From the NCBI GenBank assembly GCA_040877375.1, contig JBBDNW010000255.1, positions 1 through 49,025 on the forward strand: a stretch of 49,025 bases of DNA, in the 5' to 3' direction. Below the pieces are notes generated by a model. That model saw nothing but the letters and a program-made list of their open reading frames with translations, had not been told where the DNA came from and searched no databases. Of the stretch, positions 20,085 to 28,825 are shown one piece after another. The DNA is from Pirellulales bacterium (GTDB lineage: Bacteria; Planctomycetota; Planctomycetia; Pirellulales; UBA1268). Each line of letters opens with the position of its first letter. The stretch's first letter is position 1. The position numbers were made by a program, and so were the translations under genes.

Positions 20085-20215
20085 GGGGTTGCCCCTGCCG
20101 TGGATCCGGCGTTGCTGGCCAGCAAAGCCATGGATGGCGAAGCGCAGCCAGCATCGAGTGAGCGGAGGCCAGGATGGCCGCAGTGAACGTCCGGAGCCAT
20201 GGCGGGGGCAACCCC
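20085..20215 (+). repeat. 131-nt structured dispersed element (MITE/REP-like or ncRNA), copy 1
   Basis: Terminal inverted arms GGGGTTGCCCCTGCCGTGG and CCATGGCGGGGGCAACCCC; internal GATGGCGAAGCGC and GAACGTCCGG shared with the copies at 33416 and 41267. Confidence 0.85.
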
Positions 20216-20247
20216 GACCCACGCAAAACGCTGCAAGCAGCCTTGTC

Positions 20248-21480
20248 TCATCGGTCGAGCTCCGCGGCGATGATGTTGAGGCTGCCGAGCACCGCCACGA
20301 CGTCAGAGAGCGTGTGGCCGCGGATGAGGTGGGGAAAGAGGGCAAAGTGGAGCACCGAAGGCGGCCGGCAGCGGGCCCGGTAGGCGTTCTCGCTGCCGTC
20401 ACCCACGATGTAAAAGCCGAGCTCGCCATTGGGGGCTTCGATCGCCGCGTACGACTCCTCGTGCGGCACCTCGAACCCCCGGTTGCTCATCGAGAGTTCG
20501 AAGTGCGAGATGGTGCCTTCGATCGTGGAGTAGACCTGCTGCTTGGTGGGCAGGGCCGTTCGCTGGTCGATGCCCACGTTGACGGGCCCCGCCGGCAGGT
20601 TTTCGATCGCCTGCGCCACGATTTTGAGGCTCTCCCGCATCTCCTGCATGCGGATCAGGTAGCGGGCGTAGCAGTCGCCGGCACTGGCGCAGCAGATCTG
20701 GAAGTCGAAGTCGCCGTAGGCGAGGTAGGGCTCGTCCTTGCGCAGGTCGCGGGTCACGCCGCTGGCCCGGGCGACCGGTCCGGTCGCGCCGCGGTTGATC
20801 GCCTCCTCCTTCGTCAGCACGCCCACGCCCTTCGTGCGGTCGACGAAGATGCGGTTACGGGTCAGGAGTCGCTCCATGTCATCGAGCGTTTTAGGGAACG
20901 TCTTGAGGAATCCACCGATCTTCTCGATCACCAGCGGGGTGAAGTCTTGCGAGACGCCGCCGACGCGGGTGTAGGAGTTGGTGAATCGTGCACCACACAG
21001 CGTCTCGAAGATGTCGTAGATCACTTCCCGCTGATAGAAGGCGTAGAGGAAGAACGTGAACGCCCCCGTGTCGAGGCCGACCGCGCCATTGCTGAGCAGG
21101 TGATCGCTGATGCGGGCCAGTTCGGCGATGATCGTGCGGATCGAGGCGCAGCGTGGCGTAAGTTCGATCCCGAGGAGCGCTTCGACCGCGTGATGCCAGG
21201 CCACGTTGTTGGCCATCGGCGAGATGTAGTTCATCCGGTCGGTGACCGTGACGTACTGGTTGAACGTGAGGTGCTCGCCGAGCTTCTCGAAGCCAGAGTG
21301 CAGATACCCCATTTCGGGCAGCGCATCGACGACCCGCTCGCCGTCGAGTTTGAGCACGATCCGCAGGGTGGTATGGGTCGCGGGATGCTGCGGTCCGAAG
21401 TTGAGCGTCCAGAGGTAGTCCTCGGAACGGGCGCCCGCCTCCGGGCCGGAGGTGCCGAACTCAGCCGTGGCGATGGACAT
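20248..21480 (-). CDS. nuoD: NADH-quinone oxidoreductase subunit D
   Basis: LNFGPQHPATH, GYLHSGFEK, EAPNGELG, C-terminal ELDR. Confidence 0.97.
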   Translation of the reverse strand: MSIATAEFGTSGPEAGARSEDYLWTLNFGPQHPATHTTLRIVLKLDGERVVDALPEMGYLHSGFEKLGEHLTFNQYVTVTDRMNYISPMANNVAWHHAVEALLGIELTPRCASIRTIIAELARISDHLLSNGAVGLDTGAFTFFLYAFYQREVIYDIFETLCGARFTNSYTRVGGVSQDFTPLVIEKIGGFLKTFPKTLDDMERLLTRNRIFVDRTKGVGVLTKEEAINRGATGPVARASGVTRDLRKDEPYLAYGDFDFQICCASAGDCYARYLIRMQEMRESLKIVAQAIENLPAGPVNVGIDQRTALPTKQQVYSTIEGTISHFELSMSNRGFEVPHEESYAAIEAPNGELGFYIVGDGSENAYRARCRPPSVLHFALFPHLIRGHTLSDVVAVLGSLNIIAAELDR

Positions 21481-21489
21481 GGGGAGGGC

Positions 21490-21999
21490 TCAGCTGTGGT
21501 CGCGGGTGATGACAGGAAAGTTGTGGCGTTCGCCCCGACCCTGGAGCGGGTAATCCTTGCGAAGCGGATGGGCCGTGAACTCTTCGGGCATCACGAGACG
21601 GCGGAGATCGGGATGGCCCGTGAAGCGAATGCCGAACAAGTCCCAGACCTCCCGCTCCAGCCAGTTGGCAGCCTCCCAGAGCGGCACCGCGCTCTTCACG
21701 GTCGGGTCGGGGTCGTCCACGAACACGCGAAGGGTGAGCCGCTGGTTGGTCGCTGTCGACGCGAGCAGGTAGACGAGACCGTAGCGGTGCTTCGCGGCCT
21801 TGTACTCGAGATAGTCGACGCAGGTCACGTCGATGAGCAGGTCGAATCCCTGATCCTTGAGCCACGCCAGGACGTCGAATGAGAGTGGCTCCGGCACGAC
21901 CACCCGCGTCTGGCCGCGATTCAGAGACGTCTCGAGGCTACCGAAGCGATTCGTCAGGCCGGCGAGTACGTCGGTGACGGAGGGAAGCGTGTAGGGCAT
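21490..21999 (-). CDS. nuoC: NADH-quinone oxidoreductase subunit C
   Basis: ANWLEREVWDLFGIRFTGHPDLRR and HPLRKDYPL. Confidence 0.95.
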   Translation of the reverse strand: MPYTLPSVTDVLAGLTNRFGSLETSLNRGQTRVVVPEPLSFDVLAWLKDQGFDLLIDVTCVDYLEYKAAKHRYGLVYLLASTATNQRLTLRVFVDDPDPTVKSAVPLWEAANWLEREVWDLFGIRFTGHPDLRRLVMPEEFTAHPLRKDYPLQGRGERHNFPVITRDHS

Positions 22000-22034
22000 G
22001 GGTGAGACTGGTGGCGGGCGTGTGGGTTTGACGT

Positions 22035-22673
22035 TTAGTTTCGTCCGGCAACGGCGTCGGCCGCCGCGGCGAGTTCCCGCTGCAGATTGGGATTCCGGGC
22101 CGCGTCGATCGACAGTGGGTTCGCGATCTCGACCAGCGCCCGCTTGCGGAGCTGACGGCCCGCCGTATCGAACTCTCGGCCGCTGATCGTGCCCTCCCGC
22201 TGAATCTTGTCTTGCAGGTCGATGATCGCCTGGATGAGCTGCTCGGGCCGCGGGGGGCAGCCGGGCACGTACATGTCGACGGGAATGAAGCGGTCGATGC
22301 CCTGCACGACCGCGTAGGTGTCGAACACCCCGCCCGTGCTCGCGCATGCGCCCATCGAGATACACCACTTGGGCTCGTGCATCTGCTGCCAGATTCGCTG
22401 CAGCACCGGCAGCATTTTCATCACGACTCGGCCCGCCACGATCATCAGGTCGCACTGCCGCGGGCTGAAACGAAATACCTCGGCACCGAACCGGGCGAGG
22501 TCGTGCTTGGCCGCACCGGTAGCCATCAGTTCGATGCCGCAGCATGCCGTGGCGAACGGCATCGGCCAGAGGCTGTTTTTGCGACACCAGCTCGCGAGTG
22601 AGTCGAGCCGGCCGATGACGACGTTTTCGGGAAGTTCGAGCCTATCGGACGAGACCGAGTGCACTACCGCCAT
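22035..22673 (-). CDS. nuoB: NADH-quinone oxidoreductase subunit B
   Basis: [30 protein letters not shown]. Confidence 0.96.
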   Translation of the reverse strand: MAVVHSVSSDRLELPENVVIGRLDSLASWCRKNSLWPMPFATACCGIELMATGAAKHDLARFGAEVFRFSPRQCDLMIVAGRVVMKMLPVLQRIWQQMHEPKWCISMGACASTGGVFDTYAVVQGIDRFIPVDMYVPGCPPRPEQLIQAIIDLQDKIQREGTISGREFDTAGRQLRKRALVEIANPLSIDAARNPNLQRELAAAADAVAGRN

Positions 22674-23059
22674 CGGAAAACCCCCTTTCGCCAGTCGTAC
22701 GCGAAACCGATGACCACCATCGCGATGAAGGCCATCGCGGCTCCGTAAACGAGGCCCCGCGACGAGACGAGGCCCCCTTGCACGGCTGCGTCGATGCCGG
22801 CCGCCGACCGGCTGGCGACCGCCCATGGATAAAGAAAGAGCAGTTCGACGTCGAACACGAGAAACGTGATGGCGACCAAATGAAAGCGGACATCAAACCG
22901 CCGCCTCGTGTCATGGACGGGATCCATGCCGCTCTCGTACGGCATCTCCTTCACGGCCCCCGACCGCCGCGGGCCGATCAGGTTGGCCGCCACGAGGAGC
23001 CCGACCGACACGGCCGCCGCGATCGCAACGAACAGCAGAACCGGCAGGATCGCGTCCAT
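22664..23059 (-). CDS. nuoA: NADH-quinone oxidoreductase subunit A
   Basis: PYESG, FLVFDVE, YPWAV, WRKG. Confidence 0.95.
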   Translation of the reverse strand: MDAILPVLLFVAIAAAVSVGLLVAANLIGPRRSGAVKEMPYESGMDPVHDTRRRFDVRFHLVAITFLVFDVELLFLYPWAVASRSAAGIDAAVQGGLVSSRGLVYGAAMAFIAMVVIGFAYDWRKGVFRWR

Positions 23060-23119
23060 CAGGGCCTCGGGGGGCAAAAGATCCAGGAAGGCATTATGCG
23101 TTTTTCGGCCGTGGAAACA

Positions 23120-23145
23120 GACTTCGTGAAATTCGTCACGAAGTC
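23120..23145. promoter_or_regulatory. Palindromic operator upstream of nuoA (Rex/CRP-FNR type)
   Basis: GACTTCGTGA-AATTCG-TCACGAAGTC: perfect 10-bp arms with a GTGA-N6-TCAC core, about 60 bp upstream of the nuoA start. Confidence 0.65.
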
Positions 23146-23291
23146 CGGGCCCAAAAAAGCCGGGGGCTACGTAAGGCCGCCGGCACGTCCGAATCCACCA
23201 CAGTTATACAGCTGCCGCATCCAACCGACGAGTCGGCCTCGTTTCGCCCGCCTTCCGGCCGCCGTTCCCGTCACCGTCGCTGGCGACCGCG

Positions 23292-24188
23292 TCATCCGCA
23301 GCGGGCGAGATGCCCGCGGATGAGGCCCAGATCGTAGGGGGTCGACCGCTCCAGGCCCCCCATGACGCGGCCCAGATCGATGCCGTAGTGGTTCACCCTG
23401 AAGAGCCCCACTTTCACGAACGGCACCCCGGCCTCCAGCAGCCGCCACCAGACCAGCTCGCTGGGGTTGTGCGGCGTGCGGCGGCTCTTTCGAACCAGAC
23501 GCCACGATCGGCTCGGCGCGGCGATCGAGAGCTGCGGGATCACCTCCCGCAGGCTCACGCGGGGCGCGGTGGTGGCGTCGTAGAGGCCGGCGACGGAGAA
23601 CCCGGCGCGGAGGACGTGTTGCGAGAGCCCGACTTCGTAGCGATCGATCACCGCCCTTTTCGATGAGAGCGGCTCGACCGTCGACCAGAAGGTGTCGAAG
23701 CACGGCGACTCGAGCAGTGGCCGCCGCATGCCGAAGAACCACGACTGCACATGCCGTTGGCGGGGCAGACCGCGGCCCGGGGGCTGGTCTGAAACGACCA
23801 TGCCCCACAGGTCGGCGGCAGCCGTCCGGGGATCGTCGAACGCGGGCTTAAGATCGAAGAGCGGGCCGTAGACGCTGTCGTTGACACAGATCACCTCGTC
23901 GAACGCGGATCGATCGAGCGTCGCGAGTCCGTCCCGCCAGGCACCGAAGTCGTAGCCGACGTTCTTGCGGGGCAGGAACTCGTCGACGAACGGTTTCAGG
24001 GCCGCCGGCAGCTGGCGGCCGCCGTTGGACACCACCACGAGCCGGTCGGCGAACCGGCGGTATGCGGTGATGGCGTGCCGGACATGCGGATCGAAGTCAC
24101 CGTGCGGGTCGAAGTGGGCCAGCACGATCGCCCGCGCGGATCGTTCGCGGGTAGCCGTCCGAAACGCGCTTCCGTGGCCTTCGCTCAT
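23292..24188 (-). CDS. Rhamnan synthesis protein F (RgpF)-family protein
   Basis: AHFD, R.NVGYDFGAWRDG, NDSVYGP, DLWG, HVQSWF, YEVGLS, PFVK. Confidence 0.8.
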   Translation of the reverse strand: MSEGHGSAFRTATRERSARAIVLAHFDPHGDFDPHVRHAITAYRRFADRLVVVSNGGRQLPAALKPFVDEFLPRKNVGYDFGAWRDGLATLDRSAFDEVICVNDSVYGPLFDLKPAFDDPRTAAADLWGMVVSDQPPGRGLPRQRHVQSWFFGMRRPLLESPCFDTFWSTVEPLSSKRAVIDRYEVGLSQHVLRAGFSVAGLYDATTAPRVSLREVIPQLSIAAPSRSWRLVRKSRRTPHNPSELVWWRLLEAGVPFVKVGLFRVNHYGIDLGRVMGGLERSTPYDLGLIRGHLARCG

Positions 24189-24206
24189 GAATCACGTGCG
24201 GCGGGA

Positions 24207-25241
24207 TCACGCCGCGCTCCGCACAGCGAGTTGGCTATCACCAAGCCGCGACTGCAGCACCGCCAGCCTCCGCACCGTAGCACGGTCGGATGGCCCGTCG
24301 TCGATCAGATCGAGCAGATCGGGGATGGTTCGCAGCGTGTCGGCAGCGGCCCCCGTCGCACCCGCCGCGAGCTGACGCCTGGCGGTGCGCAGGGCGGAAG
24401 CCGCGTGCCAGTAAACGCTGGCGGCGACGCTGCGATCACGGATCGATTCGGGTAGAGAGGCGGCGTTGATTTGGATGGCACGGGCCATGTCGGGCCAGAC
24501 GGCCCCCATGGAGAAGAGCCGCGTGGTCTCGTTGGCGACGTGCCGACGGTAGATGGCCAGCGTCCGCGGCTCGTACCAGACGCGATATTGGGCGGCGATC
24601 CGCACCCACATCTCCCAGTCGAGCGCATGGCACAGATCGGCCCGATAGCCGCCGACCGCCTCGTAGGTGTCGCGGGGCACAACGGCGGCCGGCGTCTGAA
24701 TCCGCTGACGCTCGGCGATTGTCGGCAGCCAGTTGGCGAGCACTCCGGGCAGCCACTGCTGCCGCGAGTTTGTTCTGACGTGGCGACCGAGGGCGTCGAC
24801 GATCCGGCTCCGGCAAAACGCCATGCCGACGTCCGGCGCCCTCGTAAAGCCACGGTCGATCCGCGCGTAGAATCCTGGACGGACATAGTCGTCCTGATGG
24901 AGCAGGTGGACGAGTTCGCCCCGTGCCAGTTCGATCGCTCGGTTCCAGTTGCCGCCCAGACCGAGCCGTCGGTCATATTCGATCAGGTCGATCCGCCCAG
25001 TGCGGTCGACCGATCGAACCAGATCGGTGACGAACCCCGGTGTCGAGGCGTCGTCCACGACGGCGATCTGCATGACGGCCCGCGAGGGAGCCTGCCGGAG
25101 CACCGACTCCAGCGTTTGGCAAAGCATCTTGTCCGGCTCGCACGTCGGCACCATTACCGAGAACCGTGGCCGCGGACTGGATCCTGCCACCGGCTTGATG
25201 TGGGGCGGTGCGACGGCGGTGTGCACGGGCTTGCGTAGCAT
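24207..25241 (-). CDS. Glycosyltransferase family 2
   Basis: FSVMVPT, VVDDAST, NWNRAI, LHQDD, DWEMWVR. Confidence 0.9.
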   Translation of the reverse strand: MLRKPVHTAVAPPHIKPVAGSSPRPRFSVMVPTCEPDKMLCQTLESVLRQAPSRAVMQIAVVDDASTPGFVTDLVRSVDRTGRIDLIEYDRRLGLGGNWNRAIELARGELVHLLHQDDYVRPGFYARIDRGFTRAPDVGMAFCRSRIVDALGRHVRTNSRQQWLPGVLANWLPTIAERQRIQTPAAVVPRDTYEAVGGYRADLCHALDWEMWVRIAAQYRVWYEPRTLAIYRRHVANETTRLFSMGAVWPDMARAIQINAASLPESIRDRSVAASVYWHAASALRTARRQLAAGATGAAADTLRTIPDLLDLIDDGPSDRATVRRLAVLQSRLGDSQLAVRSAA

Positions 25242-25457
25242 GGGTGTGCAGATGGCGGCGAAGGAGGCCCACGGGGTTACTCGGCGGAGGGGAGGAATAA
25301 CAGTCTTCCCAGAGCAGCAATAGGCCGGACGGGACGTCGGTCACCCAAAAACGAGTACTCCCCTCTGCCCGCGGCTTGCCGGTCTTCGCCCGCCCGCCCA
25401 GACTATCAGCGGGGTTGGTGCAGTGACCTTCGCCCATCTTCCAGGGAGTATTTCCAG

Positions 25458-26900
25458 ATGAATCGGATCCTGATGTCGTTCGTTGGCCTGTTCGTGATCC
25501 TGACTTCCGCTACCGCCTTGGCCGCCGAGACCGCGAAGCCGCTCGAGGTGCTCTACATCACCGGCGGCTGCTGCCACGACTACGACGGTCAGAAGAAGGT
25601 GATCACCGAGGGGCTCGCGCAACGCGCCCGGATGAATGTCACTGTGATCCACGAGGGGGGGGCGAGCACCGACCACCGGGTAGCGCTCTATTCGAAGCCC
25701 GACTGGTCGAAGGGCTACGACGTCGTGTTTCACAATGAGTGCTTCGCGAACGTCAAGGACCCGGAGTTTCTCGAGGGGATCGTGAACGAGCACGAGAAGG
25801 GGACGCCGGCGGTGATGATGCACTGCGCGATGCACTGCTACCGGGCTGGCACCGACGACTGGTTCAAACTCTGCGGCATCACGTCACCCGGGCACGGCAA
25901 GCACTACGCCTACACGGCCAAGACGGTGGGCGACCACCCCGTGCTCCGCGGCCTACCGAAGGAGTGGGCCCTCCCCAAGGAGGAGCTCTATTTCTGCGAC
26001 AAGATCTGGCCGACGGCCACGCCGCTTGTTGAGGCCATGAGCGAAGAGCGGAAGTCGATGCAGACCGTCATCTGGACGAACCAATACGGGAAGGCCCGGG
26101 TGTTTGGCACCACGATCGGCCACTACACCGACACGGTGAAGCTTCCAGAGTTTCTCGACCTTATGGCCCGGGGCACGCTCTGGGCCGCCGGCAAACTCCA
26201 GGATGACGGCACGCCCGCCGTCGACGTAGCGCTCACGCCCGGTGAGGCGGCCGCGGCGGCCGACTGGGCGTCGACGGTGACGCTGCCGCCGGAGGAGCAG
26301 GTGAAGGCGGTTCGCCTCTTCAACGGCCGCGACCTCGACGGTTGGGAGGGGCACGTCGAGCCCTACTGGTCCGTCGAGGCTGGCGAGATCGTCGGCCGAA
26401 ACACGGCGGAGAACGCCCCGCCGGTGAGCACCTACCTGCTCACCAAGAAGCCCTCTCGCAACTTCCGGCTCCTGGTCGAGGGAAAGCTCATGACGAGCGA
26501 GATGCACTCCGGCATCGCAATCTGGGGACGGAAGTTTGAGAAAGACGCCGAGGCCTCGAGCTACCAGGGACATCTGGTCATGTTCCCGTCGGGCTGGGGT
26601 CTCTATGACCTCTACCGGCGCAACGGCATCGCGGGAGACGAAGGAGGCAAGGCCAAGGCCGCCGGCCAGCAGCACGACTGGAACCGAATGGAGATCCTCG
26701 CCCTCGGCAGCCGGATTCGGCTCGCGGTCAACGGCAAGGCGGTGCTCGACTGGACCGATCCCAAGCCGGAACTCTGCGAGGGCGGACCGATCGGCCTGCA
26801 GTTGCACTCCAACAAGGTGCCGCAGGAGGTCCGCTTCCGCGGCCTCGTGCTCGTCGAGGATCCACAGGAGGTGCTCGTCACCGCAACGCCGACCGAGTAG
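25458..26900 (+). CDS. Secreted ThuA-like plus DUF1080 (3-keto-disaccharide hydrolase-like) protein
   Basis: Signal peptide; GGCCHDY...EELY...GTTIGH (ThuA); LFNGRDLDGW...WN.MEI...GPIGLQLH (DUF1080). Confidence 0.85.
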   Translation: MNRILMSFVGLFVILTSATALAAETAKPLEVLYITGGCCHDYDGQKKVITEGLAQRARMNVTVIHEGGASTDHRVALYSKPDWSKGYDVVFHNECFANVKDPEFLEGIVNEHEKGTPAVMMHCAMHCYRAGTDDWFKLCGITSPGHGKHYAYTAKTVGDHPVLRGLPKEWALPKEELYFCDKIWPTATPLVEAMSEERKSMQTVIWTNQYGKARVFGTTIGHYTDTVKLPEFLDLMARGTLWAAGKLQDDGTPAVDVALTPGEAAAAADWASTVTLPPEEQVKAVRLFNGRDLDGWEGHVEPYWSVEAGEIVGRNTAENAPPVSTYLLTKKPSRNFRLLVEGKLMTSEMHSGIAIWGRKFEKDAEASSYQGHLVMFPSGWGLYDLYRRNGIAGDEGGKAKAAGQQHDWNRMEILALGSRIRLAVNGKAVLDWTDPKPELCEGGPIGLQLHSNKVPQEVRFRGLVLVEDPQEVLVTATPTE

Positions 26901-26901
26901 G

Positions 26902-27696
26902 TCAGAAGTTGCCTACGTTGAAACTTGCGTAGGCTCCAAACGGTCCCACGCCCACGCTCATCCCAGAGCCCTTCACGTCAGAGAAGGGCGGTTTGCCCCC
27001 GCCTTGGCTCCGGTAGGGAGAGAACGACATTCCCGACTGCATCTGCGCCGCGGCGGCGTTTGAGGCGGCCGCGGTCTGTTGCCGTGCCGCCTGCGCCCGC
27101 TCCACGAGCTGCTGACGGCTCGCGTCGAAGGCCGTCTGCTGCTGCTGGAGAGAGTTTCGCTTCTGCTCAATCTTATCGATCTCCTGCTGGAGTTGGGCCG
27201 ATGACATCTTCACGACGTTCGGCACATCCTTGATGACCTCAGCCCGCTTTTGGTCCGACATCACCGAGAGATACTGCCCAACCCACTGCCGCGCGTCCTT
27301 CGCTTCGGGCGTCTCGAGAATCTTGAACTTCGCATCGAGGTCGTCGAGCAGATATTCAAGTTCGTACGACGACATCGCCGTGACCCGCTTGTTGAAGTCG
27401 GCCTTGATGTTGCGGACCTCCTGCGGGGTGTAGATGCGCTGTGACGAGAGCCACTCACCGAGTTCAAAGATTGCCCGCCGCCACCGCTGGCTGTTCATGA
27501 TCTCGGCCTTGCGGGTGAGATCACCGTCGTCGCCGTCGGCGTTGTCCTGCGGGGATGCCACGGGCTGGGGCTGGGCCTCTTGCCCGCATGACGACGGGTG
27601 AACGCCAGCGACCAGCCAGCCGACCATCGCTGCGGCGAAGGAGGCCCCGTGGGACCAGGGAAAACCGCCCGCCGTCGTGATGCGTGACGCTCTCAT
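26902..27696 (-). CDS. Hypothetical exported protein with coiled-coil region
   Basis: ATG overlaps the upstream stop (ATGA at 27693-27696); helical Q-rich segment; composition typical of a real gene. Confidence 0.7.
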   Translation of the reverse strand: MRASRITTAGGFPWSHGASFAAAMVGWLVAGVHPSSCGQEAQPQPVASPQDNADGDDGDLTRKAEIMNSQRWRRAIFELGEWLSSQRIYTPQEVRNIKADFNKRVTAMSSYELEYLLDDLDAKFKILETPEAKDARQWVGQYLSVMSDQKRAEVIKDVPNVVKMSSAQLQQEIDKIEQKRNSLQQQQTAFDASRQQLVERAQAARQQTAAASNAAAAQMQSGMSFSPYRSQGGGKPPFSDVKGSGMSVGVGPFGAYASFNVGNF

Positions 27697-28703
27697 CGTG
27701 CCGTGCCCTCGTTGGTTTCCGAACCAGACTTGCGAATCATCGTCAGGTTGATCTGTGGCATGTGTTCGCCGCCCACGTGCGTCGGCAACGACCGCCAGAT
27801 GCAGCGGTCCTTGCCATCGAAGGTGTAGATGTTGATCGACGACGTCTGGCTGCCATCGGGCAGCACAGCCGTCGTTCGCGCGACCCAAGAGCCATCGTCG
27901 CGGCTCCACGTCGCCTCACCGTGGCCGCCATCGTCGCTGAACACCCATGAGCGGATACTCCTGGAAAGTGGATCCCAGCCGATCCGTTGCGTGATCTGAG
28001 TCGCGGCACCCGGACCGTCCGGGCCGCCTGCCGGCGTGATCTTCAGGTCGCGAAGCAGGTAGGTACGCGAGGGGTTCCAGCGGACAGACATCTCAATGCC
28101 GGGCTTGCCAGCCGGCCGCCCTTCGCCGCCGGTTTCGTCGACCGCCACCCACTCGCCCACCATCCAGGCGAGGTCGGCGAGTGGCTCGTGGCCGGCCGCC
28201 TGATCGCCGCGGGCCTCGCGGATCGCCGAGAGTTTCCAGGCATTATCGTGCCGGACCCACGTGGCCGAGAATCGTCCGTGCAGCGGCGCTGCGTGGCGGG
28301 GGTGAACGACAGTCACCGTCCCATCCTCGACCGCGACATCGGGAGTGATGAACCGCAGGCTTGTTTCGCTGATCGTCACTTTGGGACTACCAGTCTTCGC
28401 CGCCTCGGCGGGCGGCGGCTCGAGCACCGCAATGGTGTCGCTCCCCTTCATCACGCGGCCAGCGTCATCGATGATGTCGCCGTCGGGCATCCACAGGGCT
28501 GCGAGTGCCTTGCCGTCGCCCCGTTCGAGTGCCGACTTGTAGGTTTGGGATGCGGTGCGAATTGCCCGCTCGTCGTTCGACCGGGTGATGGCGGCCGTGG
28601 CCCTCGGCTCCTCGGAGGTGGCGGGCGTGGCGGTGGTGAGGAACGCGAAGACCACGAGGGCGGTGGTGCCACGGTGGAGCAGTCGAAAGACGTGCGATGA
28701 CAT
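27693..28703 (-). CDS. SgcJ/EcaC-like (DUF4440, SnoaL fold) secreted protein
   Basis: Signal peptide; GD.KALAALW..DG, SLRF.TPDVAVEDG, L.DLAWMVGEW, IGWDP....IRSW.F..DGG. Confidence 0.8.
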   Translation of the reverse strand: MSSHVFRLLHRGTTALVVFAFLTTATPATSEEPRATAAITRSNDERAIRTASQTYKSALERGDGKALAALWMPDGDIIDDAGRVMKGSDTIAVLEPPPAEAAKTGSPKVTISETSLRFITPDVAVEDGTVTVVHPRHAAPLHGRFSATWVRHDNAWKLSAIREARGDQAAGHEPLADLAWMVGEWVAVDETGGEGRPAGKPGIEMSVRWNPSRTYLLRDLKITPAGGPDGPGAATQITQRIGWDPLSRSIRSWVFSDDGGHGEATWSRDDGSWVARTTAVLPDGSQTSSINIYTFDGKDRCIWRSLPTHVGGEHMPQINLTMIRKSGSETNEGTAR

Positions 28704-28825
28704 GGAGCACCCAGCAGGGGAACGGGCTACGGCTACGCAAACGAGCGGGCTCGACTACTGGATTTTACCACGCTCTCGGCGGGTGGGGAAAGCATCCGGG
28801 CAGATGGTTTGGTAGGGTGCTCGAG

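Noticed and set aside
12714-21882. Long plus-strand ORFs opposite nuo genes (12714-14330, 18183-19601, 20089-21882)
   Set aside because: Codon-bias shadow frames of conserved genes with no independent features.
23292-25241. RgpF plus GT2 as a horizontally acquired glycan island
   Set aside because: Only two genes, no visible compositional shift and no mobility genes.
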